Shown: piece by piece, positions 37,997-47,632 of the stretch
Layout of the letters: each line of letters begins with the position of its first letter
How positions within the stretch are numbered: position 1 is the first letter of the stretch
Origin: an uncultured Thermoleophilia bacterium
Lineage (GTDB): Bacteria; Actinomycetota; Thermoleophilia; Gaiellales; Gaiellaceae
Length of the DNA: 64,000 nucleotides
Reading direction: 5' to 3'
Assembly (NCBI GenBank): GCA_963722065.1
Contig: CAVRMI010000007.1
Span: 1,163,389-1,227,388 of the forward strand
Translations under genes and position numbers: made by a program
Notes under the pieces: generated by a model
Seen by the model: the letters and a program-made list of their open reading frames with translations, nothing else
Database searches by the model: none
What the model was told of the DNA's origin: nothing

Positions 37997-38538
37997 CCTC
38001 GACGTGCGGAAGCCGTCCCTCGCCCGACTTTTCGAACTCGGCGAGCGACCAGGGCCTGACAAACGTGGTGCTGGGCCGCGTCCCACTCGATGAAGCACTT
38101 GTCTCGATCCCCTTTCACGACTTCCGCGCAGCCAACGACTCGCCTTGGGACGACGGGGTAGTAGATGCACTCCAGGTTCTTCCTGTGGGCCCCCTCCCGC
38201 CAAACCCGGCCGAGTTTGTGGGCTCCGACGGAATCGCGGCACTCCTCGCAGGTCTCGAAGAACGTGCGGATCTGGTCCTCATCGACGCGCCGCCGATACT
38301 TGATCTCAGCGACACAGTGACCCTGTCCGGACGAGTCGACGGTCTCGTGATTGTTACGCGCGTGCCGTTCGTTAAGCGATCGGCTCTTGCTGAGCTCCAT
38401 AGGGTCGTTAGCGCGGCGCCAACAATGAAGCTCGGCTTCGTGCTCACCGGAGCGACTGCTGGTGGCAACTATGGTGCTTATGGCTACGGCCAGGGTCAGC
38501 CAGCCGAGGTCCCGGCAGCCTGGGAAACGACGAAGTGA
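37890..38538 (+). pseudogene. BY-kinase (CpsD/Wzc-type tyrosine autokinase) with an internal frameshift
   Basis: Walker A TSATREEGKSTTVANLA and ADLDVRKPSL occur in one frame. GLTNVVLG...VLPVGPLPPNPAEF...LIDAPPILDLSD plus a Y-rich tail GNYGAYGYG occur in the next frame. The shift lies at GGGCCTG near 38.05 kb. Confidence 0.7.
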
Positions 38539-38570
38539 GCGGAACGTGGCTCGCAACCGCGCGATGAGTT

Positions 38571-38626
38571 GCCCGGGCGGTCCACGGCGCTCCGCGTCGG
38601 GGTGACCTGTCCCGGGCCGTTTTCTT
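38571..38626 (+). terminator. Possible terminator after the kinase gene
   Basis: GCCCGGGCGGTC ... GACCTGTCCCGGGC followed by CGTTTTCTT. The apical region is long, so this is tentative. Confidence 0.3.
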
Positions 38627-38650
38627 GATGCCGCCGGAGGGTCGCTGACG

Positions 38651-39562
38651 ATGTCGACTTCGAATAGAAAATCGAGTTTGGCCGCAAGCACGCCATGGGA
38701 TGCTGTTCGGCCAACTCGCATCGGCGTTCTCGATGTTGATTGCTTCGCTGGGACACTTGAGCAAGCTGCAACCCTTGTCACCGAGCGAGCTTGCGCGACC
38801 CGCGGCGGCTACGCCTGCTTAGCAAATGTCCATGTCCTTGTGAGCGCTCAGCACGATCCGCAACTGCGCCAGGTCCTCGGTGATGCATGGGAGGTATTCC
38901 CGGACGGAGCGCCGGTGGCATGGTTGCAGCGAAGAAGCAGCTCAGATAGCGCGCAAAGAGTTGGAGGGCCGGATCTCATGTCGCGCGTTTGTTCACAGGG
39001 CGTGGCCCGAGAACTGCGGCATTTCTTTCTCGGCTCGACAAACGCGGTTCTCGCACGCCTCCTCGAGAACCTTGAGCGCGCACATCCGGGCATTCGAGTG
39101 GCGGGGTCCTACTCTCCTTCGAGAGACGAGATCGAGCAGGATCAAAAGACGGTTACCGCGCGCATTCAGCTTTGTAGACCAGATGTCGTCTGGTGCGCAT
39201 TCGGAGCTCCGCGCCAAGAGCTTTGGATGGCACGAAACGTGACGGAGCTTCCCCGAACGCTACTTGTCGGCGTTGGCGCTGCTTTCGATTTCATCAGTGG
39301 CACGAAGAATCGGGCACCCCTTTGGATGCAGAACAGAGGACTTGAGTGGTTGCATCGTTTCGGCTCCGAGCCGGGAAGGCTCGGGGGCCGGTACATTCGC
39401 ACCAATTCGGAGTTCCTGCTGCGCTCCTTCGGCCACATCGCTCGCGCGCGGTACTCCTCGAGATCCAACGACGAGAAGCAAGGCACTACGCCCGCCTCGG
39501 TTTGGTTTGACGTACGCGCAACCCGAGGAATTGATCAACGACCGCCGGAGACCGAAGAATGA
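38651..39562 (+). CDS. WecG/TagA/CpsF-family glycosyltransferase (GT26)
   Basis: VFPDGAPVAW, FFLGSTNAVLARL, CAFGAPRQELWM and GVGAAFDFISGTKNRAP are family-typical motifs. Confidence 0.85.
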   Translation: MSTSNRKSSLAASTPWDAVRPTRIGVLDVDCFAGTLEQAATLVTERACATRGGYACLANVHVLVSAQHDPQLRQVLGDAWEVFPDGAPVAWLQRRSSSDSAQRVGGPDLMSRVCSQGVARELRHFFLGSTNAVLARLLENLERAHPGIRVAGSYSPSRDEIEQDQKTVTARIQLCRPDVVWCAFGAPRQELWMARNVTELPRTLLVGVGAAFDFISGTKNRAPLWMQNRGLEWLHRFGSEPGRLGGRYIRTNSEFLLRSFGHIARARYSSRSNDEKQGTTPASVWFDVRATRGIDQRPPETEE

Positions 39563-40382
39563 CGATGCTAGTCCCGCGCGCGACGGAGACGCTGTTGAGC
39601 GCCTCCGGACCATCGTCGTGGTCTCCCCTCACCTCGACGATGCCGTCCTTTCGCTAGGGGCATCCATCTCCGAACTGACGCGAGGCGGCGCTGAGGTTCG
39701 AGTTGTGACGGTGCTTGCCGGCGACCCCGGTCATTCCGCCGAAGCTGGCGAATTCGATCGAAGCTGCGGGTTCGACACCGCAGGTGAAGCAGCCTTGGCC
39801 CGACAGGCCGAGGATGCGCGGGCGTGCGCGATCGTTGGGGCTAAGCCCTTATGGCTCCCTTACTGGGACGGCTACTACAGCGCGGGTGGAGCCAGCGTCC
39901 AAACCATCCTTCGCGCGTTGTCGGGTGTGCTGCACGAAGCAGGCGCCGTCTTGCTTCCAGGGTTTCCATTGCTCCACCCCGACCATCGATGGCTAGCAAG
40001 GCTCATGCTTGCAAACCTCGAATTTCCCGCGACGGCCTATCTCTACGTGGAACAGCCGTACGCCATGAGTCGCTTCTTTGGCTCAACGATGCGCGTTGAG
40101 TCGCCGATTCGCGGCATAACACGCGGCCTAAGGGCACGGACACGCGATGGATCTCCAATCGAAACGCCCAGCGACATTGCGACGCTCATCTCCGGGAACT
40201 GCACCTGGGAGCGGGTCAGCAGTTCCGTTGGCGCCCGGATGCTGAAGAACCGGGCGATAGGAGCGTATAGCTCGCAGCTTTCGAAGCTCGGACATCTCGT
40301 TAGGACGCGACTCGCGATCTACGAATCGTGTTGGGGAGGAGAAGCGGTCGCGTCGCTTCCCTCACGTCCGGTTGCTCGATGA
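39531..40382 (+). CDS. PIG-L/LmbE-family deacetylase
   Basis: IVVVSPHLDDAVLSLGASI...VVTVLAG. The start is uncertain (TTG 39531 or later GTG ~39615) and the gene overlaps the end of the upstream gene. Confidence 0.7.
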   Translation: MINDRRRPKNDDASPARDGDAVERLRTIVVVSPHLDDAVLSLGASISELTRGGAEVRVVTVLAGDPGHSAEAGEFDRSCGFDTAGEAALARQAEDARACAIVGAKPLWLPYWDGYYSAGGASVQTILRALSGVLHEAGAVLLPGFPLLHPDHRWLARLMLANLEFPATAYLYVEQPYAMSRFFGSTMRVESPIRGITRGLRARTRDGSPIETPSDIATLISGNCTWERVSSSVGARMLKNRAIGAYSSQLSKLGHLVRTRLAIYESCWGGEAVASLPSRPVAR

Positions 40383-41617
40383 AAGTCTTGCTGGTTCACA
40401 ACCGGTATCGACGGGCTCAGCCAAGCGGTGAAAATGTGAGTTTCGATGTCGAGGCGCAACTGCTCGCCGAACATGGCTGCGAGGTGTTTCGTCTTGAACT
40501 CGAAAGCGACGAGATCGTCGAATGGCCTCTGCGGAAGAAACTGGGTCTACCCTTCCGCGTCGTCTGGTCACGGGAAGGCAGCCGCTTAACGCGCGAGGCG
40601 ATTGTCGAATCGGGCGTGCAGCTTGTTCATTTCCACAACACCTTCCCTCTCTTCAGTCCGGCTGTGCTGTGGCAGGCGCGACGGATGGGTGTACTGGTAG
40701 TTCAGTCGCTCCGCAATTTCAGGCCTCTCTGCCCGTCGGGTGACTTTCTTCGAGATGGGACGATCTGTGAGGACTGCCTCGGTCGCCTCCCATTACCTGC
40801 AGTCATCCACGGCTGTTATCGAGATTCTCATCTCGCTTCTGTTCCGATCGCCGCAATGGACGCTTTCCACCGATCAATAGGCACTTGGTCCGCCTGCGTC
40901 GATGCATTCATAACTCCCTCGGAGTTTACGCGAGGTAAGTACATCGAAGCTGGCTGGTCGCCGGACAAGCTCTTCGTTAAGTACAACACCGTCGTTCGGC
41001 GCGAAGCTCCCGACGAAGGATGCAGGAAAGGCTTTGTATGCGTGTCGCGTCTTAGTGACGAGAAGGGAGTGGATGTCCTGCTTGAGGCATGGCAAGACGC
41101 CTTTCCAGACGGGAGTGAGGGCCTTAGCATCATTGGATCGGGACCTGCTCAGGACCGACTTGCGTCCTATGCCGCCACAATCCCGGGCGTCGCGTTCCTG
41201 GGACAGATCCCTAGACACGACGTTGTGGAGTTGCTCTCACGAACTCGCGCTGCGGTGATCCCTTCGCTTTGTTACGAGACATTCTCACGTGTCGTAGCTG
41301 AGGCTTTCTCGGTGGGGACGCCCGTCATCGCATCGCGAGTTGGAGCACTTGCCGAAGTCGTGACGGACGGCGAGGACGGCCTATTGACCGAGCCTGGGTC
41401 AAAGACTGACCTGGCAAGAGCCCTCCGCGTTCTTGAAACATCCAGCGAGCGCGTCTGCACATTCGGCCAGCAGGCACGAGCCACATTTGAGGCGAAGTTT
41501 GCGCCTGAGGTGACCACAGCGAGGTTGTTGTCCCTTTATCGTGACGCAGCCGAGCGTCGGCCGAAGAAACCGCCAACGACCCGTACCTCCTTCCCACCGA
41601 AGATTGACCGTCAATGA
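40379..41617 (+). CDS. Glycosyltransferase family 4 (GT-B)
   Basis: MKVLLVHNRY...; EX7E region CYETFSRVVAEAFSVGTPVIASRVGALAEVV. ATGA overlap with the upstream stop. Confidence 0.85.
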   Translation: MKVLLVHNRYRRAQPSGENVSFDVEAQLLAEHGCEVFRLELESDEIVEWPLRKKLGLPFRVVWSREGSRLTREAIVESGVQLVHFHNTFPLFSPAVLWQARRMGVLVVQSLRNFRPLCPSGDFLRDGTICEDCLGRLPLPAVIHGCYRDSHLASVPIAAMDAFHRSIGTWSACVDAFITPSEFTRGKYIEAGWSPDKLFVKYNTVVRREAPDEGCRKGFVCVSRLSDEKGVDVLLEAWQDAFPDGSEGLSIIGSGPAQDRLASYAATIPGVAFLGQIPRHDVVELLSRTRAAVIPSLCYETFSRVVAEAFSVGTPVIASRVGALAEVVTDGEDGLLTEPGSKTDLARALRVLETSSERVCTFGQQARATFEAKFAPEVTTARLLSLYRDAAERRPKKPPTTRTSFPPKIDRQ

Positions 41618-43044
41618 GCGTCTTCTCGGAGCCAGCTCTGGCGACACTGCGACGCCTGGCAGTGGCATTCGGCGTCCTCGGTCTTTCTGCCCTCGTGGGC
41701 GCTCTCGCGGTGGTAAAACCGCAGGTCGCCTTTTTGGCGGTTCTTTTTGTCCTCTGCATCGGCGCGCTGGCCGCTCCCGTCGCATACTGGGCCGCAGCCG
41801 CATTGGTTGCGGCCATCTTGTTTCGCGGGCTCGTAACCTTGGGGGCGCTACCCTCCGTCGCCACCTACATCGACATCCCGCTCTGTTGGGGCGCGCTCAT
41901 AGTTGCGGTCTTAAAGACATCCGGCCTGCGAACCCGTCCGAAAGACGCGCACCGAATCCTGAGTTGGCTCGGGGCGCTCTCGCTGGCCATGGTGATCTCG
42001 TGGGCCTTCTCGAACGCGGAGTTGATGCGTCCGATTCTTGACCTTGCGCTGCTTGCCGAGCCTTACGCCTTAATTGCGGCTCTTTTGATTGATGCTCCAA
42101 GGCACCGAGAACGACGCATGCTAAAGGCGACTGTCCTTGTAGTCGTGCTTGCTCAAATACCGTTCGCCTACTGGCAAGTCGCAACTCTCGGAACCAGAGA
42201 CCCCGTCCAAGGAACGCTATATGGAGCCGGGGCTGGCGCACACACAATGTCAGCCGTTGTAACTGTCGGCGCCATCTGGATCGCGTTGAATAAGCGCTAC
42301 TCGTTGGCCTGGCGCTGTGTCTTGGTCGCGCTCCTCGCACCGATTCCGTTTCTCGCGGACGCAAAGCAGGTGATATTCGCTCTACCAGCTGTCCTCGTCA
42401 TGGTCCGGTGGGGAAGTTTGAAGGACGTAGTTCTGCGAGTGGCGGGGGTCGCCATGGCCATTGCAGCGCTCATACTCCTCTTCCCCGCCGGTCGAACCTC
42501 GATTCGATTCATCAACGAATCTCTGTCAGGGCACGGGGGAAAGGAAGCGTCGACCAAGGTCATTTGGGACAGGGCTAAGGCGGACCCCGCGACTATTGTC
42601 TTTGGAGAAGGTCCGGCTGAGAGTGTTAGTCGAGCGGCGTTCATGACTACCGATTTGCTGCTCAAGGCGAATTCGCCGCTTCGCGTCTTCGACCTGAAGC
42701 CAGCGCAGATTGCTCTGCAAGCGGAGGCGTCGGCGCATTCTGCGTCCGGAGGAGGCTCGTCACTTAATAGCGGGCTCTCGAGTGCGCTGGGCGTGTTCGG
42801 AGATCTTGGGCTCATCGGACTCTTCGCATACGGAGGACTTCTCCTCTCCGTCCTCGGCCCCCTTCGCCGAACCACATCACCTGAGGGCCTCGCTGCGGGA
42901 GCAGGGTTCAGCATGTTCGTCGTTCTGGGGCTCGTCTTCGACTGGTGGGAACAACCTCCCTTTTCGATGTTGCTAGCGGTGCTCGCTGGCCTGGCTCTCA
43001 GCCGTTCCTCTGACGAGGTTTCGCTTACCTCAGATCCCGTGTGA
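41614..43044 (+). CDS. Polytopic membrane protein, O-antigen polymerase (Wzy)-like
   Basis: About 10-12 hydrophobic segments with a larger loop region, positioned between GT and flippase genes. ATGA overlap upstream and GTGA overlap downstream. Confidence 0.65.
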   Translation: MSVFSEPALATLRRLAVAFGVLGLSALVGALAVVKPQVAFLAVLFVLCIGALAAPVAYWAAAALVAAILFRGLVTLGALPSVATYIDIPLCWGALIVAVLKTSGLRTRPKDAHRILSWLGALSLAMVISWAFSNAELMRPILDLALLAEPYALIAALLIDAPRHRERRMLKATVLVVVLAQIPFAYWQVATLGTRDPVQGTLYGAGAGAHTMSAVVTVGAIWIALNKRYSLAWRCVLVALLAPIPFLADAKQVIFALPAVLVMVRWGSLKDVVLRVAGVAMAIAALILLFPAGRTSIRFINESLSGHGGKEASTKVIWDRAKADPATIVFGEGPAESVSRAAFMTTDLLLKANSPLRVFDLKPAQIALQAEASAHSASGGGSSLNSGLSSALGVFGDLGLIGLFAYGGLLLSVLGPLRRTTSPEGLAAGAGFSMFVVLGLVFDWWEQPPFSMLLAVLAGLALSRSSDEVSLTSDPV

Positions 43045-43820
43045 TTGCCTCGCAGCGATACCTCCGACTCGTAGGACAGCGCGCACCCAGAACCTTTGTC
43101 TGGGGCTTCATCGATCAGGGTGCATCGTCCGCCGGGAATCTGCTTGTAAGCGTTGTAGCCGGTCGTCTGCTTGGCCCCAGCGGCTTAGGGATCATCTTCA
43201 TTGGCTTCTCGTCCTATCTGGTGACCCTCGGATTACTGCGAGCGTTCGTTGTTGATCCCCTGATTGCGATGTCGTCAACAGCCACCGCCACGGCCAAGGG
43301 TTTGGCGGACCGGGCCGGGCTGACGATCGTGGGATGTGTGGGGTCTATCGGTTCTGGGATTCTGGTCGCTGTCGGCCTCTTCACGTCCGGATCCTTCACG
43401 CGGGGACTGCTGGTCTTCGGTCCGTGGCTCTTGCCTGCGCTAGTTCAGGACTATCTGCGCTGCCTTCTCTTTCGGGATGGACGAGGCAAGTTCGTAACCG
43501 TGTTGGATGGCACTTGGCTGTTGATTCTGGTTTGTTCAATCCCGTTCGTTGTATGGATCGATGCGGACTGGGCCGTTGCTAGCGCGTGGGGTATTGGAGC
43601 GCTTGTAGCAGCGACTATGGGACTCGTCTCCCTGCGAATCCGTCCGCAACGACCGTTGAAGGCGCTTCACTGGTGGCGCGAGAACGCGGTTTCTCTTGGC
43701 CGTTGGCTCGCGGGCGCAAGCGTTGTCTACACCGTCTGTTCGTACGCCGGTGTGCTCATTCTGGGGCTTGTGCTCGGCACGGCGGACCTCGGAGGGTTCC
43801 GTGCGGTCCTTCGGCGATGA
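43041..43820 (+). CDS. Wzx/MOP-type flippase, N-terminal portion (split or frameshifted gene)
   Basis: Polytopic protein: GFIDQGASSAGNLLVSVVAGRLLGPSGLGII.... It ends ...GGFRAVLRR* exactly where the next ORF starts. Confidence 0.6.
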   Translation: MIASQRYLRLVGQRAPRTFVWGFIDQGASSAGNLLVSVVAGRLLGPSGLGIIFIGFSSYLVTLGLLRAFVVDPLIAMSSTATATAKGLADRAGLTIVGCVGSIGSGILVAVGLFTSGSFTRGLLVFGPWLLPALVQDYLRCLLFRDGRGKFVTVLDGTWLLILVCSIPFVVWIDADWAVASAWGIGALVAATMGLVSLRIRPQRPLKALHWWRENAVSLGRWLAGASVVYTVCSYAGVLILGLVLGTADLGGFRAVLRR

Positions 43821-44344
43821 CACCACTGTCGTTGATCGTGCCGGCTCTGTCTCTCCCCGGTCTGCCCGCGCTCGCCCGCGCGAGTGCGACGTCCACGGGT
43901 GAGGCGACACGGTTGGCTACACGACTCGGGCTTGCCGCCAGCGTCATCGCCTCGGGATACGTGCTGATCTTCGGCTTAGCGCCTGGGCTCTTGGGTGCGT
44001 TGTTCGGGGACAGCTTTAGCGGTTACGCAAGTCTCGTTTGGCCCCTCGGGTGCGGACAAAGCGTTGCTGCAGCTGCGATCGGTTTCATTCTCCTCCTAAA
44101 AGCGCAAAGACGAGGTCGTGCTTTCTTCGCTGCGCGATCGGTTGCCTCCGTGATGTCCCTGGTCGTTCCTGTTTCACTCGCGATCGCCTACGGGCTGGAG
44201 GGAGCAGCTTGGGGGTTTGCCGCCGCAGCGATGGCTGGAGCGTCTGTGACCGTGGTGGTGGCGCTATCGCCCCCCCGACACCGTCCGGCCGTAACGCACA
44301 GCGCCGACGGCGCTACCGCTCCACGTTGGTCAGGGTCGCCGTGA
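43817..44344 (+). CDS. Wzx/MOP-type flippase, C-terminal portion
   Basis: The ATG overlaps the upstream TGA (ATGA). MTPLSLIVPALSLPGLPALAR... continues the flippase topology with 4-5 TM segments. Confidence 0.5.
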   Translation: MTPLSLIVPALSLPGLPALARASATSTGEATRLATRLGLAASVIASGYVLIFGLAPGLLGALFGDSFSGYASLVWPLGCGQSVAAAAIGFILLLKAQRRGRAFFAARSVASVMSLVVPVSLAIAYGLEGAAWGFAAAAMAGASVTVVVALSPPRHRPAVTHSADGATAPRWSGSP

Positions 44345-45478
44345 CCGGCAAGGATGAGCTGAGGCTGGAGCCGACCGCCGCGCACCTAAGCCCAACGTTG
44401 GCGCTTGTTCTGACGCCGTTGGGTCGCAACGAGAGCTCCCTACCACACTTCTACTGGACGCCCCTCTTCGAGGCTCTAAAGTCGGAAGGAATTGCGCTTG
44501 CCATACATCAGCCTCGCAGGCTCAAAATCTCGGTTCCTCACAAACGGGGTGGCCGGCCCCGCCACATTCCCATTGTCTCTCCGCTGTTTGTCTTCTCGCT
44601 GCTCCGCACGGCGCCATCAGCCGTCTTATCGACGGAGTATGGCCCCCACACGCTGATGTCACTCGTCGCTGCCCGTCTGATGAAATCGAAGGGGCTGATC
44701 TTCAAGGAACACGCCGACTCCGCGGGACTTTCATACGTGCGCCTCCTCTATCGCAGGGCCCTGACGGCGCTCGCTTGGGGGACCGTCGCAAATACGGATG
44801 CCGGGAGTCGGGACGTGAAGTCTTCTCTCAGGGCGCATCCGGACCGCGTTCATCGACTCTCCTTGCTCGTTCCCCCCGAGCGATCGCAACTGATGCGGGG
44901 GGCGATCCCACTCAGCTTACAGGGGAGCGTCCGGCCCATATTTCTATACACGGGACGACTGGTCGAGCTAAAGAATGTCACCAATATCCTCGAGGCGGCA
45001 GCCGCATTGCGGAGCGATGGCCTTCGGTTCTCCGTGCGGATCGTAGGCGACGGGCCGTCCGCGGCCGGCCTCGCTGCACGGGCAAGCGAACTCAATCTCG
45101 ACGACACAGTGACCTTTACAAGAGCTGTGCCCTACGACGCGATTGGACACCTCTATGGCGGTTGCGATGTCTTCGTGATGCCTTCGCTTGCGGACTATCG
45201 GAGCGTCGCGGTACTCGAGGCCATGCGGTTCGCAATGCCGATCATCGACTCCACCGGCGATGGGAATGCCGGTGATTCGGTCATTCACGGACTGAACGGT
45301 TTGCTATTCGATCCGCGCGACGTTCCGGCCCTGGTGTGGTCGATGAAGCAATTCGATTGACGATCCAACCCTGATCAAGACTATGGGGGAATCATCTGCG
45401 CGGCTCATTGCGGATCAGACTCCATCCACGGCGGCGTCCAAGCTCCTGACCTTGCTGACCCAGTCGGACCCACTGTGA
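44341..45478 (+). pseudogene. Glycosyltransferase family 4 with a frameshift ~40 codons before the natural end
   Basis: GT-B C-terminal domain (FLYTGRLVELKN..., VMPSLADYRSVAVLEAMRFAMPIIDS). The ORF stops at 45360, but the +1 frame continues with a family-typical tail IDDPTLIKTMGESSARLIADQ...* to 45478. Confidence 0.7.
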
Positions 45479-45517
45479 TCGTGCCTAAGGGTCGCCAACA
45501 TTCGAGCCATCGAGCCG

Positions 45518-46366
45518 TTGAACGCAGACGCTAGAGCAGACGCCATCGTCGTGGCCTATCGATCGACGGCAGTCATCCGAGGATGTGTCATGAGCCTTCT
45601 TCGCGATCCCAGCATCAAGCAGATCGTCGTCGTCAACAACTCTCCGGACGACTCAACTGCAACGGCACTGGAGGGGATCGACCGGGTTACGTACCTCGAG
45701 GCAAGCACCAACGTCGGCTTCGGCTGCGGTGTGAACGTTGCTCGGAGCGTCGTAACCTCACCCTACGTCGTACTGGCCAACCCGGACACCATTCAGGATG
45801 CCGGCACAGCCACTTCTCTTCTTCGTTTCATGGCCGCTCATGACCGCTGCGCAATGGTTGCTCCGCGAATGGTCACCGCCGCCGGCTCGATTGATCGAAA
45901 TTCGCAACACGATGTCCGTCTGGCTCGAATGGCTTTTCAAGCGCTCGGATGGCCCGGATCGCTGCAGGTCATGCGTTCAGAGGCCGACCACCTTCGAGAA
46001 CATCAAACAGAAGCGCTGATTGGGGCGTATGTTCTTTGTCGCGTTAAGGCCCTAGACGAGGTCGGCTGGTTTGACGAGACAATCTTTCTCTTCGGTGAGG
46101 ACCAGGATCTTTGCCGTCGGCTACGTAGAGCCGATTGGGAGATATGGTTCACCCCCGTCGGCCGTGTTCAGCATCTCGACGGGCACTCATGGCGCCAGTT
46201 GCCGGACAAGGGCGCCAGCCTTTTCCGAGAGGCACGCAGTCGTGAAGTGCAAAAGGCAGGTGGAAGGATTGAGGCTGCAATGTATCGGGCACTAGCAAAG
46301 ATTCGAGACAACGGCATGCGAAGGAATGGCGGAGCGGACATCCGTCAGAGCTCGAGCGATGAGTAG
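45518..46366 (+). CDS. Glycosyltransferase family 2
   Basis: AIVVAYRS...VVVNNSPDDST...NVGFGCGVN...LANPD...FLFGEDQDLCRR. TTG start. Confidence 0.8.
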   Translation: MNADARADAIVVAYRSTAVIRGCVMSLLRDPSIKQIVVVNNSPDDSTATALEGIDRVTYLEASTNVGFGCGVNVARSVVTSPYVVLANPDTIQDAGTATSLLRFMAAHDRCAMVAPRMVTAAGSIDRNSQHDVRLARMAFQALGWPGSLQVMRSEADHLREHQTEALIGAYVLCRVKALDEVGWFDETIFLFGEDQDLCRRLRRADWEIWFTPVGRVQHLDGHSWRQLPDKGASLFREARSREVQKAGGRIEAAMYRALAKIRDNGMRRNGGADIRQSSSDE

Positions 46367-46404
46367 CCGATCCGTGTCGGGATTGGGTTAGGAGGGGCGC
46401 TGCG

Positions 46405-47151
46405 ATGCCAGCTCTGGCGACGGTATGCGAGCGGCTGAAGTATTTCGTGGTAGAAGGTGCATATATCCCACGGGAATACTACGTCTTTGAAGATCGGCAC
46501 CTCGTCTACATGCCGATCTATAAAGTCGCGTCAACCAGTATCAAGACAGCCCTCATTAACTCGGAGAACATCGCGGCGTCCTATCCCGAGTATATGGAAA
46601 TTCATCAGGTTGGCACTGCTGGCAGGCATACGCTCCTCAATCCCAAGCACTGGAGATACTTCAAGTTCGCCTTCGTACGAGATCCCTTCGACCGTTTAGT
46701 CTCCTGCTATGAAGACAGGGTAAGGAGGCCAATCTACATACCGGTCAATAGACACTACTTTGACACAGACTATAACCACGTCTTGATCAAGCAGCTATTT
46801 GGAGAGTGCTTCGATCAAGAGATGTGGTTTGAAGACTTTGTCAGTCTTGTTTGTACAGATCCTGATTCACTTGCCGATGGTCACTTTAAATCACAACACG
46901 CATGGACACATCACCTCCACAAAAGAATTCCCAATTACATAGGAAGGATAGAGTCGTTCGAGCAAGACTGGGAATGGTTGTCGTCACGCTTCAACCTTCC
47001 AGCTATCGAACATCGTAATCCGTCTAATCGCGAGCGTGCCATTCACGAGTATCACTCGTCGCCCGCCCTCGTCGAGGCTGTCGCACGTCGGTATCGGAAG
47101 GATATTCACACGTTCGCCTACGAAGACTCATATCGCCGACTGGCCGTATGA
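46405..47151 (+). CDS. Sulfotransferase (Sulfotransfer_2 / carbohydrate sulfotransferase-like)
   Basis: PAPS-binding 5'-PSB-like IYKVASTSIKTAL and 3'-PB-like FAFVRDPFDRLVSCY. Strong SD TAGGAGGGG. This is by eye the most AT-rich gene in the window. Confidence 0.8.
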   Translation: MPALATVCERLKYFVVEGAYIPREYYVFEDRHLVYMPIYKVASTSIKTALINSENIAASYPEYMEIHQVGTAGRHTLLNPKHWRYFKFAFVRDPFDRLVSCYEDRVRRPIYIPVNRHYFDTDYNHVLIKQLFGECFDQEMWFEDFVSLVCTDPDSLADGHFKSQHAWTHHLHKRIPNYIGRIESFEQDWEWLSSRFNLPAIEHRNPSNRERAIHEYHSSPALVEAVARRYRKDIHTFAYEDSYRRLAV

Positions 47152-47300
47152 ATCGAAGGGCGGCACCACCAGGTGCTCGACCGAGATCGATGAGCCTCCC
47201 CCACAGCCATTGTTTGAAGGGCGCCGAGGATGGGACAAAGTGCGGGTGGGCCTGGACCGGCGCGGCAATCGCCGGGATCCGGAATGAGCAATGATCGGCT

Positions 47301-47632
47301 CGTGAGGGGCCGCTTGGGATGCGCCCGCACTGGACGGCGTCCGCGCCATCGCTATCACGGCGGTAATTGGCCTGCACTCGGGCTTCCTCGTTACGACATT
47401 GCTGCTGGAGGAGCACGAGAAGACCGGATCGATCAGGCTCAGCGTCGACCTGCGCCGCGCCCGGCGACCCCTGCCAGCGTTGGTCACCCTGCTGGTCGCC
47501 GTCGCCGTCGTCGGAAGCGTCGCTTACCGTCCTTGGCGTCTAGCCGAGATCCTTGCCGCCACGATGACGTCCGCGCGCCAAGGGCCGGCTTCAACGTCAC
47601 GTTCCCGCCACAAGCTGTCTCTGATTCCCTAG
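47301..47632 (+). pseudogene. Remnant of an acyltransferase-3 (OafA-like) N-terminus
   Basis: ALDGVRAIAITAVIGLHSG-[gap]-FLVTTLLLEEHEKTGSIRLS..RRARRPLPAL matches the family N-terminus with an internal deletion. There is no start codon and it is truncated after ~100 codons. Confidence 0.5.
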
